A stretch of DNA of 64,000 nt from Pradoshia sp. GTDB taxonomy: Bacteria > Bacillota > Bacilli > Bacillales > Pradoshiaceae. The DNA lies in assembly GCA_045605505.1 (NCBI GenBank), contig JAZUQD010000418.1, positions 5,490-69,489 on the forward strand. The letters run 5' to 3'. The translations under genes were made by a program, and so were the position numbers. The notes below the pieces were generated by a model. That model did no database searches. It was not told the DNA's origin and saw only the letters and a list, made by a program, of their open reading frames with translations. This document shows positions 38,330-47,529 of this stretch, piece after piece; positions within the stretch are counted from its first letter, which is position 1, and each line of letters starts with the position of its first letter.

Positions 38330-39619
38330 TTAGAATGAATACGCTACTATAATTGTGGTTCCTATGTTAAACACACGGCCAACGGAATAAGTTCGGTTTA
38401 CTAAAGCCATCACTTCGTTGTACACCTGTTCATAGGATTTGTTGACTGCAATAACATTTCTGTCAGTGCCATATGAGTTTGCCCCTTCCCAGTATCTGTC
38501 ACCAAAGGCCGCGTTTCCTGCTGCGACAATTTGTGAGATCTCTGCATCTGACAATACGGTAGGGCCTGTATTGCCTGAAGGCTGACTGCCGGATGGTGTC
38601 CCACTACTTGTACTGGAAGTGCTTCCGGCTGATCCGGAGTTTGATGTCGCTGGTTGGGTGTGAACAACAACTTTATTTACAGTAACATTGAAAGTCTTCT
38701 CTACTCCGTTTTCAGATTTTACTGTTATTGCAACTTTACCTGCAGCTTTGCCCCTGATTACTCCATTTTCATTTACGGTCGCTATCCCTGTATCTGAAGA
38801 AATATATGTAAGAGTTGTACCATAATCAGCTTCTTCCGGTATAAGTTTCACATTTGATGTTACAGTAGACCCTACATTAACAGATTTATCTTTTACATCC
38901 AAATCCATTACCGGCTGCAGTACTTTTACAGCAGTTGTTCCTGTTTCGCCATTAGATAACTTCGCTGTAACAGATGCCTGCCCCTGATTAATACCTGTAA
39001 TTACACCTGCACTGTTCACAGAGATAATATCCGAATCCGATACCATAAAATCTGCATTCATAATCTGAAACTCCCCGGCTTCATTTACAAGCTCGAAATC
39101 TTCATCAATAAGGATAACAATCTCCTCCGGTAAGGAATCAGGCTGAACGTATTCTTTTATTGTGATCATAACTTCTTCAGCAATATCACCGGCTTTAACA
39201 GTCAATTTACTCTTCCCTGGTCCAACCGGGATAATATATCCTTCCTCATCTACTGTAAAAATTGAATCATTTTCAGAAACATATGACACTTCATATACAA
39301 ATTCCTGAATGTCATACGATGCTCTAAATGTAAGCCCTGCTATTTCTTTAGTATCTGGCATAGATACCAATCCAAGTTCAACATCGCTTCTAATTATAGG
39401 TTCTATCTGAAAAGATTCTCCCATCATTACAACAGTATCTTCAAGGTTACTGATTTCAGCTGCAACAGGAATAATCTTTACAGGTGAATAAACTAGATAC
39501 ATGATTACTCCCACTATCGCAGCTAATAATAAAATCCCTACCGCAATGATGCTTTTAGTTTTCTTTTTAGAAACTTTTGATGTCTCCTTAGCCATTTCAT
39601 TATTGAGTTCGTCTTTCAT
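38330..39619 (-). CDS. Membrane-anchored Ig-like (Big_2) repeat protein
   Basis: N-terminal TM; three SSDxxIATVxxxGxIxGxxxG repeats; Ser/Thr/Gly linker. Confidence 0.85.
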   Translation of the reverse strand: MKDELNNEMAKETSKVSKKKTKSIIAVGILLLAAIVGVIMYLVYSPVKIIPVAAEISNLEDTVVMMGESFQIEPIIRSDVELGLVSMPDTKEIAGLTFRASYDIQEFVYEVSYVSENDSIFTVDEEGYIIPVGPGKSKLTVKAGDIAEEVMITIKEYVQPDSLPEEIVILIDEDFELVNEAGEFQIMNADFMVSDSDIISVNSAGVITGINQGQASVTAKLSNGETGTTAVKVLQPVMDLDVKDKSVNVGSTVTSNVKLIPEEADYGTTLTYISSDTGIATVNENGVIRGKAAGKVAITVKSENGVEKTFNVTVNKVVVHTQPATSNSGSAGSTSSTSSGTPSGSQPSGNTGPTVLSDAEISQIVAAGNAAFGDRYWEGANSYGTDRNVIAVNKSYEQVYNEVMALVNRTYSVGRVFNIGTTIIVAYSF

Positions 39620-39676
39620 AGTAGTTCTCCTTCTTATTAAATTGTCCTTAAAAATTTTCCTCCAAATTTCGCGGTC

Positions 39677-39705
39677 ATTATATCATTGCTGGACATAAAA
39701 GTCAA
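39677..39705 (-). promoter_or_regulatory. Sigma-A promoter of Ig-like gene
   Basis: TTGACT-17-TATAAT with TG extension. Confidence 0.7.
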
Positions 39706-39735
39706 ATAAAGTGCGTTATCCGAAAAGAATACGAA

Positions 39736-41199
39736 TTAAGTATCGTCCCATTTACCTGAGTAGTATTTTGCCAGAATATCTCTCACTGTCTTGGAAACTG
39801 ATTTATGATTTTCTTTGGCATCAGTCTCGATCATTTTGTACAGGTTAATGTTAATTCTGGAATTCACATTTATAGTTGTAGTTTCCTTCTTTTCTTCGGT
39901 TCGCTCAAAAACCACATCATCAATTTTATATCCATATATGTCGTATCTCGGCACAGTCATAGGGATATTCATTAGATCAACAAAATCATAAGCCTTTGGT
40001 CCAACAGATTTAGATATTGCAACTGCCAAATAATTTGAAGTAATAATCCTTGCTGGATATAACGCATTCCTTAACATTAGAATCTTCTTTGTTTCCGGAT
40101 ATAAAAGATATTCCACCTTACAATTTTCTTCTGAACATATCCCTGTTTCCATCAGACCTTCCATATAGATATATCCTTTTCGTCTATGGAACCATTCTTT
40201 TGCTTCTTGCTCTCTGCTTTCTGTTGTGGTTGTTATTAGCTCTTTCAAATAAAATATGCCTTCTCTTGCGTAAGGAATATAAAATATTTCCGGAAACAAA
40301 GGACAGTTTGCTTTAAAAAAACCCATTGCTTCCTGAGCTGCTATATTTTCCAGTGAGTCCTTATTTTCAATCTTCCCTTTTTTGAACCCCGTCACCAATT
40401 GAGATATTCCAATTTCCATTGAGACATTTCCTATGGCAATTGCCGATGGAGTATTTGGTGAACGATATATAGGGTATTCTCCAAATAAACTCATGATAGA
40501 ATCAAGTAAGGTTACTTCAGAAGGTGTTATGAATTTTATCAATCCGTCACCAATATGATAGATTACATATATTCTATCTGGAAGAACAAGTATTCCGTTA
40601 AACCTAGACCTGTATGTTTGTTCTGCACCAATCTCCTTTTTAAGCGCATAACGTAATTCTTTCGGAGAATAGTAAATTCCATCCCCGAATCTGTCCGCAA
40701 ATTCTTCTAAGTCTTTTGGATACCAATATCTTCCTGATTTCTTTTTGGGTTCCACAGCCATTGTTGTTAAGATTTTAATTAAGTCTAGTAACTGTGGTTT
40801 CTCCTTTGGATAACATCTGATTGATGATGCCGCCATCAGTGTAAGAACCTCAATTTCTTTATTCTCTTTTTCTGGAAAAGGATTTTTAGCTCTAACTTTG
40901 TATTGCTTGTATGTGTTATAGTATTCGCTGGATTCATATAAAGCTTTTTCCCCTTTAGATGTTAAAAAGATTCTTCTCGCATCAATAACATCTTCATTAG
41001 TGACATCTATGAAACCCGAGTCTTCAAGATGTCTCAATTTTCTTCTGACAACATCTGCTGTTCTCATTGAACTATATAGAAACGATACATCCAATCTTTT
41101 CATGCTCCCTACATGAAATAGGTGTTCTAAAATATAAAAAGCTAAACTCTTCTTTAATATTCTTCCTTGTATTTCCATTACATTCCTTTCGCTTGCCAC
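39736..41199 (-). CDS. wHTH + unknown core + C-terminal ribbon-helix-helix protein; candidate relaxase/relaxosome component
   Basis: VRRKLRHLEDSGFI..FLTSKG winged helix; TINVNSRININLYKMIETDAKENHKSVSKTVRDILAKY RHH; end of tra operon. Confidence 0.5.
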   Translation of the reverse strand: MASERNVMEIQGRILKKSLAFYILEHLFHVGSMKRLDVSFLYSSMRTADVVRRKLRHLEDSGFIDVTNEDVIDARRIFLTSKGEKALYESSEYYNTYKQYKVRAKNPFPEKENKEIEVLTLMAASSIRCYPKEKPQLLDLIKILTTMAVEPKKKSGRYWYPKDLEEFADRFGDGIYYSPKELRYALKKEIGAEQTYRSRFNGILVLPDRIYVIYHIGDGLIKFITPSEVTLLDSIMSLFGEYPIYRSPNTPSAIAIGNVSMEIGISQLVTGFKKGKIENKDSLENIAAQEAMGFFKANCPLFPEIFYIPYAREGIFYLKELITTTTESREQEAKEWFHRRKGYIYMEGLMETGICSEENCKVEYLLYPETKKILMLRNALYPARIITSNYLAVAISKSVGPKAYDFVDLMNIPMTVPRYDIYGYKIDDVVFERTEEKKETTTINVNSRININLYKMIETDAKENHKSVSKTVRDILAKYYSGKWDDT

Positions 41200-41328
41200 T
41201 CCTTCAGGTTTTCGAATGAAGTCTTCGACTTCCGAATCCTTTAAAGCAAGACTTTTTATAGATAGACTCGCTTACTTTGAGGGGGTTTTTACTAATTTTC
41301 CGCTAAATCACTGGATTTTTTACTAAAA

Positions 41329-41376
41329 AGTAGTCACGTTTTTAATTTTTCTTACAAATCTAAAAACGTGACCACT
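41329..41376. repeat. 16-bp inverted repeat (oriT/operator candidate)
   Basis: agtagtcacgttttta-N16-taaaaacgtgaccact, 15/16 match. Confidence 0.6.
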
Positions 41377-41382
41377 ATTTCT

Positions 41383-42027
41383 CTATATTTTCAATATTTT
41401 TTCTGCTATTTCCAAAAACTTTTTTTCTTCCATAACTGAAATTTTAGTGTATCTCTCCCCTTCTTTTACTTTTGTGACTGACATATAACTCATTTTCAGA
41501 GGATGATCGGAAAATCCTATAAACTGTATACATTCATTTACTACACGGTCAAGCTCAATGCTATCATTATCTCTTACAACCGTTTTTTCTGAAGGTATAA
41601 TTCTTTCACAAACCAGCATCACAGGATATCTTAGTGTAATAGCTTTATTAGAAGCAGTATATTCCTTTAACGCAGCTCTAACCATAGTAGCAATATACCA
41701 TGATTCTTTCCCCTGCCTTTTTACTGTTGGCGGAATTTTTATTTCTAGTACATCATCAGCTAATTTTATAGAGACCATTGCCTTCTCTTCCTTAAACTCA
41801 TATGGCAAATATACAGAGGATGAAAATCTTTCAGACAATATACTTCTCACTAGCAAATCTATCTGTTCAGCAGAAAATAATGCCTTCTTAAGTTCAGCAT
41901 CTGTAATATTCCTTGGATTCTCAGCTCGGCTAAGAATCTTATCCATAATATTTATCTGTTTTTGGATATACTCTTTTGTCATTAGATGCTCTGGAAATTT
42001 ATAATTCATAAAGCATATCCTCCTCAA
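41383..42027 (-). CDS. Conserved ICE protein (DUF6100-like, RusA-like RDNDS motif)
   Basis: VRDNDSIE and SDHP motifs; position in tra operon. Confidence 0.45.
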   Translation of the reverse strand: MRRICFMNYKFPEHLMTKEYIQKQINIMDKILSRAENPRNITDAELKKALFSAEQIDLLVRSILSERFSSSVYLPYEFKEEKAMVSIKLADDVLEIKIPPTVKRQGKESWYIATMVRAALKEYTASNKAITLRYPVMLVCERIIPSEKTVVRDNDSIELDRVVNECIQFIGFSDHPLKMSYMSVTKVKEGERYTKISVMEEKKFLEIAEKILKI

Positions 42028-42694
42028 TCTTTTCTTTAACGTATTCTACATCTTCCCATGCAGTATTATTATCTCTTGCCCCGATAAAATATATGATATT
42101 TTTTGATAGTTCTGTTTTATCAATATAATAAAACTCTGTAAAACCTACATTTCCCATCAATAAAGCACTTCTGGCGTTATTTACTATTCCGATTCGCTCA
42201 TAGTATTTCTGTGATTCCGGTGAATATGTAAAATGATATTTGAATAGATGAGTGTACAATCTTTCTTTTCCATGAGGTATTACTACTATTTCGACAATCT
42301 TATTCCTACTCTTATCTGTATAAACTGCAGATATAGGACCATTCAAGAAGACAAAGTCGTCAGCATCAGGCAGGTTTTTCAGCACTACCCAGAATGCATC
42401 AATTTGAATTTCAAGATCTTTAGTCAATACAATTGGTCTTGCCAGCTTAAATATATGCTCCCTAATACTGATATCATCTTTTTTATACAACAAGTTCATA
42501 GTTGCTCTTGTAGTAACCAAATCATTGGGACTTATCAAAACATATCCACTTTCTGTGGCTTTTTCTAATAAAGATTCAGCAATATCTAATGGTAAATCAT
42601 AAATTTTCACCAGATACAATATCAACTGCTCTTTTCTTAATATAGGAATTCTGTTTAACAAATTTACAATACTCTCTTTATATATGTTACTCAT
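41999..42694 (-). CDS. Conserved ICE protein (DUF5697-like)
   Basis: LRKEQL, DAFWVVL, EIVVIPHGKE motifs; downstream of virB4. Confidence 0.5.
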   Translation of the reverse strand: MSNIYKESIVNLLNRIPILRKEQLILYLVKIYDLPLDIAESLLEKATESGYVLISPNDLVTTRATMNLLYKKDDISIREHIFKLARPIVLTKDLEIQIDAFWVVLKNLPDADDFVFLNGPISAVYTDKSRNKIVEIVVIPHGKERLYTHLFKYHFTYSPESQKYYERIGIVNNARSALLMGNVGFTEFYYIDKTELSKNIIYFIGARDNNTAWEDVEYVKEKIEEDMLYEL

Positions 42695-45389
42695 TTTCCA
42701 CCTCATCTTTGGAGTCTTTATATACACGTGGAGGAATATCAAAATTAATAACAGCTAACTCCTCATAAACATTTCCAGAATCCTTTTCCAAAACATTGAA
42801 TTCAATAAGTTCTATCTTCTCTCTTGCTTTTCCAATTTCCATTTCTGCATAATTAAGACTCGAAAAATCTGATATTTTAATAAATGTTTCATCTTCTGAA
42901 GAAAGTAAATTTTGAATACATTTTTTTCCTTTAAGTTTTTCTGCCTTACGTTTTGCAAGATCTCTTGGGTCTGTGGTTATCAAATCATATTCTTTTGGCG
43001 ATAAGGTGAAATCTACAGCCACACTGTTCCCTCCTGCAACAATAAGTCCTGAACCTCTGGAAAAAGAAGGAGTCAGTGTTGCTTCCTGCGGTGCGAGTTT
43101 CATAATATTGATCAACATATCCTCATCTGCCTCATTATGTTTCAGAACAATTTTAAATGCGCAAGAGTTTACAATACCCTCACCATATATTCCTCCGTCC
43201 AAAGCAGTAATATCTTTCAACTGTTGTGTGGCCAATACGAGACTACCGCCATATGCACGTATAAGCTTTGATATTTCCAGTATTCTTCCTGCAGCATGAG
43301 GATTTAACATTAACTTCCATACTTCTTCAATAAAAAGAACTTTCTGTTTTGATTTATCCTCTTTTATTTTGCTGTATATGAAATCTACTGCTAAAAACAT
43401 ACCCGCTGGTAATAACTCATCATTTGTTTTTTCAAGTCCAAATACCATAAAATCATTATCCAAGTCCACATTTGTGTGTCCGTTAAATGATGAGCCTGAT
43501 CCAGTAACAAGAACTTTAATTATGTTTGCAAGCCTTAATAAATTCATTTCCAACAAAGTTTCATACAAATCCGCCAATATTGGCATATCTTTTTTAAACT
43601 GCGATGGATTCGCTTTATCTAACAACGATAAATTGTCCGTTGTTATTCCCTTCTTTTCATAAGTCCGCATCAGTGCCGTATCCATTAACTGCCTTTCTTC
43701 ATATGTAAGATCAGGGATTAACAATTGAAAAAATGTTTTTAAATCCTGTACCTTTGCTACCAGCAAAGAACTCTGAATTTTATATTCATCAATTAATTCG
43801 ACAACTGTCTCATCTCTTTTGAAAATTTCAAGTATATTGATTCTTGTAGGTGATCCTGCGCCTATTTCAATAAACTGACCTCCCACTGCATCGCATAATC
43901 TTCGAAATTCATCCTGCTTCTCTGGCACGATAATAAATGATGGTGTCTTCCTCATTCTCATTCGTAGTGCTAACGATTTAAGAAGACTGCTCTTTCCTGC
44001 ACCAGTTACACCTGTTATAAACAGATTTCCGTTTACGTATTTTGTATGGTCGAACTGATCAATGATTACCGGAGATGCGTTGTTCTGCATAATTCCCCAA
44101 AGGATGCCGTTTTCATCATTCATCTCATAAGATATAAACGGATATACACTTGCAATATCATTAGTCAGAATATTTCGTTTTCCTTTTCGATATAGGCTAT
44201 CTGATAATTTACATAACGGCAATGAAGATAAAAAAGCTTCCTCTTGCTCAAATTTACATATCTTAACTTTCATATTTCGGGATACAGCAAGCTTCTGAAG
44301 TTCTTTTACTCTTAGTTCTACAATTTCCGGTGAATCTCCGGATACTGTTATCAGGGTATTTAAATAATAAAAATCCTGACCATTGTTAATCCCTGATAAA
44401 AGATAGTTTCCTGACTGCAAAGCTTTATCAAGATGAAAAGAGGAATCCTGATTGTCTCCGGATTCCATTGCTGCTACTGTATTGGTTTTTAATGACCTGC
44501 GTATCTGCGCAGCCATTCTGCTTCTTTCCATCCTGTTAATAAAGATATCAAGATCAATGCCCTCTCCAAGATTAATAAATGTATTCATCCATCCATCTAA
44601 AACATTCACAGGGTATCCGTCTGAAGGTATATAACAATAACAATAATATTTGCCGTCAATATTAACGAAGTCAGAATTCTGAAAATCAATTTTGTTTGGC
44701 GAAATAAAATCTGTAGGTGGAATATATGGTACTGTACCATCCTTAATCTTCCCACTTGATATATATCTGTCATATACTTCTTTAACTCGCATATAAAACT
44801 GTGTTGTTTTACTATATTCTCGATTTAAAAGAGTATATAAAATCTCACCAATCTGTTCTGTTTCATCTTGATTAATAATCACCTTGTTCCCGCAGGCTTC
44901 TAGATATGACGCTAACTGTATACGGCTCCTTTTCAACTTATCTCTAATTTCATAAAAATCATTTTGTTTGAATAAACTGTATTCTTCATTAGCAAACGAA
45001 ATAAAAAATCTCCTGCTAACACTATTGTCCTGCATCAGTTTGAATCTCTCTATTTGCTCCTGCTGCATCTCATAGCAATTTTGATTTTGTTCAGTGATCA
45101 TATCCTCTGCCATTCTGGTTATTTGTAAAGACATATCGGATGCACAAGTAATGCATTTTATCTGCATACTGTTAGGCGCAATTTTTAAAAAAGAAATGAA
45201 ATCATCAATCACTGCGTTTTGAGCGATCTCTGATTTCATCATAAAATTTATTGGAGTTACCTCAAAAATTTGCACATATCTGTTGTCCTTTGTAACAACT
45301 ATTCCATCTGCAATTTCCCTTATGGGCAAATTCATCTGAATTGACTGCACAGGTTTTTTGACATTTCTCTTATTTTGTTGTTTTCTCAT
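42687..45389 (-). CDS. virB4: VirB4-like conjugal transfer ATPase
   Basis: GVTGAGKS Walker A, FIEEVW Walker B, IRAYGGSLVLATQ. Confidence 0.92.
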   Translation of the reverse strand: MRKQQNKRNVKKPVQSIQMNLPIREIADGIVVTKDNRYVQIFEVTPINFMMKSEIAQNAVIDDFISFLKIAPNSMQIKCITCASDMSLQITRMAEDMITEQNQNCYEMQQEQIERFKLMQDNSVSRRFFISFANEEYSLFKQNDFYEIRDKLKRSRIQLASYLEACGNKVIINQDETEQIGEILYTLLNREYSKTTQFYMRVKEVYDRYISSGKIKDGTVPYIPPTDFISPNKIDFQNSDFVNIDGKYYCYCYIPSDGYPVNVLDGWMNTFINLGEGIDLDIFINRMERSRMAAQIRRSLKTNTVAAMESGDNQDSSFHLDKALQSGNYLLSGINNGQDFYYLNTLITVSGDSPEIVELRVKELQKLAVSRNMKVKICKFEQEEAFLSSLPLCKLSDSLYRKGKRNILTNDIASVYPFISYEMNDENGILWGIMQNNASPVIIDQFDHTKYVNGNLFITGVTGAGKSSLLKSLALRMRMRKTPSFIIVPEKQDEFRRLCDAVGGQFIEIGAGSPTRINILEIFKRDETVVELIDEYKIQSSLLVAKVQDLKTFFQLLIPDLTYEERQLMDTALMRTYEKKGITTDNLSLLDKANPSQFKKDMPILADLYETLLEMNLLRLANIIKVLVTGSGSSFNGHTNVDLDNDFMVFGLEKTNDELLPAGMFLAVDFIYSKIKEDKSKQKVLFIEEVWKLMLNPHAAGRILEISKLIRAYGGSLVLATQQLKDITALDGGIYGEGIVNSCAFKIVLKHNEADEDMLINIMKLAPQEATLTPSFSRGSGLIVAGGNSVAVDFTLSPKEYDLITTDPRDLAKRKAEKLKGKKCIQNLLSSEDETFIKISDFSSLNYAEMEIGKAREKIELIEFNVLEKDSGNVYEELAVINFDIPPRVYKDSKDEVENE

Positions 45390-45972
45390 TTTGTTTCCTA
45401 TCAGTTATTTGATTATTCTTTCTTTTTACTTTCCTTAGCTCTCTCTTGAGTTCTTTGGATGTTTTATATTCTTCTGGTTTTGCTAAAATACCAATGTCAT
45501 CCTCAAAGAAAACAAAACCTTCTTCTGTTTGCATTACATTCACATTATTTTTTGTCACTCGTATAGCTTTCCGTCTGGCTCTGATTTTCTCATATATTAA
45601 CAACAGTTTTTCTTTAGGTAACAACTCCTCTTTTTTCTTTGTTTCGAATATTAGAGGAGTTGCTTCTGTTTTTATTCGAGGATTATATAAAATAACTCTT
45701 CTCTTTCTTCTATATCTCAACCATATGCTGATAAAAGTTGTAAATGAATCACCATTTATACCGTTAATACCCAAATAAAGCATAGGCAATGCAACTATAA
45801 TGGCAATAGTAACTTTATCTGCAAAAGTTAACGACCTGCAAAAGTATAAGACTGCAACAAATGGAATCCCTCCCAATATTATCCCCTCTATAAGATTTCT
45901 GGTTTTTATTATTTCCCCTGCTACAGCTTGTCCTTCTGCATGATTTATTGGAATAACTCTTTCTTTTGCCAT
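45370..45972 (-). CDS. PrgI/VirB3-like membrane protein
   Basis: RNLIEG, two TMs, GINGDS motif; directly upstream of virB4. Confidence 0.65.
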   Translation of the reverse strand: MAKERVIPINHAEGQAVAGEIIKTRNLIEGIILGGIPFVAVLYFCRSLTFADKVTIAIIVALPMLYLGINGINGDSFTTFISIWLRYRRKRRVILYNPRIKTEATPLIFETKKKEELLPKEKLLLIYEKIRARRKAIRVTKNNVNVMQTEEGFVFFEDDIGILAKPEEYKTSKELKRELRKVKRKNNQITDRKQNEKTTK

Positions 45973-45973
45973 A

Positions 45974-46375
45974 TTATGTACCGCTTATCAGATTTAATTT
46001 CACTTTAGCTAAAGACATACACCCTAGCACTAATGTTTCCATCTCTGCCCTTTCTTTTATAGAAGGTTCTTCATTACACCAGAAATTAAAACAGAAAGAC
46101 AGTACGGGGACATTTTCAACTATTACAATGTCATACTTGCCATAATCACACCCTTTATTTAGCTGCTCAATGGCTAAGTGATAATCCTTTTTATCACCTT
46201 TTTCCAACAAAGTTGAAACTTTAATTATTCTGAAATGTTTTCCATAAGATTCTTCGAATGCATATACACCATTATTATCTGCTATAAATACAGGTTCTGG
46301 CTTATAGCTATTATGAACATAGACATTCAACATTTCCAATTTCCTTTTTAGCTGGTTTATTCTCTCCATATGCAC
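45974..46375 (-). CDS. Hypothetical protein
   Basis: GAGGGG RBS, within tra operon. Confidence 0.55.
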   Translation of the reverse strand: MHMERINQLKRKLEMLNVYVHNSYKPEPVFIADNNGVYAFEESYGKHFRIIKVSTLLEKGDKKDYHLAIEQLNKGCDYGKYDIVIVENVPVLSFCFNFWCNEEPSIKERAEMETLVLGCMSLAKVKLNLISGT

Positions 46376-46401
46376 ATCCCCCTCATAGTTAAGTTGTTTC
46401 T

Positions 46402-47529
46402 TTAAAACGTATTATATTTATTTCGGATTCTTGTCGCGTTGCAAATTACATATCCTTTATCGTACCTTGTATCCACTATCACTGCACACACTTGATCTCC
46501 CGGCAAAAGTATCTCATCATCAAACATTCTGGTTTTTGGTATGCTTGCAAGAACATCACCATGTAATACGGCAGTTGCCACATCTTTTTCTTTGTTAAAA
46601 CTTATAATTTCCCCAATAGCTACAGTTCCTATCTTCATCTTTTTCGCATTTTCAATTAATATATTTCCTCCAAGCTCTCTTCTACTTAAGTATATCTTCA
46701 CTTGCTTTGTTTCTTTATCGATATCAAGTCTTTGAACACGAGCTTTAATTTTTTGTCCAACAACAAAAGACTTTCTAACATCCTTAATCCAGGAGTTCAT
46801 TGACAGCTGACTAATATGTATAGGGGTTTCAATTCCATATACATCTATTTTTGCCCATATTTTATTCATGCTCATGATTCGTCCTTCTACCACAGAACCA
46901 ACTTCTACAATTGGACCTTCCGGCCCAAAGAAAAAATATTCTCTTTTCTTCCTGGCGGCCATCAATCTGGAGGCTACTATAAAATGCTCATAATCGCCAG
47001 ATGCAGTCTTTTTTCTTTCAAGCCCTGCAATAATAAAGGATATTTTTCCTCCCACCATATTCCTAAGCATCTGATATCTTCTTCTAAACTGTTCCTCCTC
47101 TGTTTGGTCTACATAATCTCCTTTAAATGAGTTCTCATAAAAAAACTCGCTTTCAGGAATAACAATTCGATCAAAACTCAAATATTTCGTAATAACTAAT
47201 AATGTTTTTGTTAGTGGATTAGGTTCAACCGCACATATTGTACTTTCCAATATTGATCCTCTGCTGGAGTATTCATTTAAAACATTCCAGTCTCTGAACT
47301 GAAGTTCTTCTCTTGTTTCAATGTGCTCTTCTGCCCCATCATTAATACCAATATCTGATATTACTTCTGAATTTTTAACTGTGTTTCTGCTTTCTCTTTT
47401 AAATGAAAGAGTTTCAATATCCAGATCAGCCTCTCCATCCCCTTCAAACTCATACCATTCATTTCCTAACAAAACTTTTTCTATATTATTTGCATTACTT
47501 TCCAAAGTTTCTTTTTTCTTTCTAGCCAT
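46402..47529 (-). CDS. Multi-S1 (OB-fold) domain protein
   Basis: VGSVVEGRI..GIETPIHISQLS..VGQKIKARV S1 repeat plus flanking S1-like repeats. Confidence 0.8.
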   Translation of the reverse strand: MARKKKETLESNANNIEKVLLGNEWYEFEGDGEADLDIETLSFKRESRNTVKNSEVISDIGINDGAEEHIETREELQFRDWNVLNEYSSRGSILESTICAVEPNPLTKTLLVITKYLSFDRIVIPESEFFYENSFKGDYVDQTEEEQFRRRYQMLRNMVGGKISFIIAGLERKKTASGDYEHFIVASRLMAARKKREYFFFGPEGPIVEVGSVVEGRIMSMNKIWAKIDVYGIETPIHISQLSMNSWIKDVRKSFVVGQKIKARVQRLDIDKETKQVKIYLSRRELGGNILIENAKKMKIGTVAIGEIISFNKEKDVATAVLHGDVLASIPKTRMFDDEILLPGDQVCAVIVDTRYDKGYVICNATRIRNKYNTF

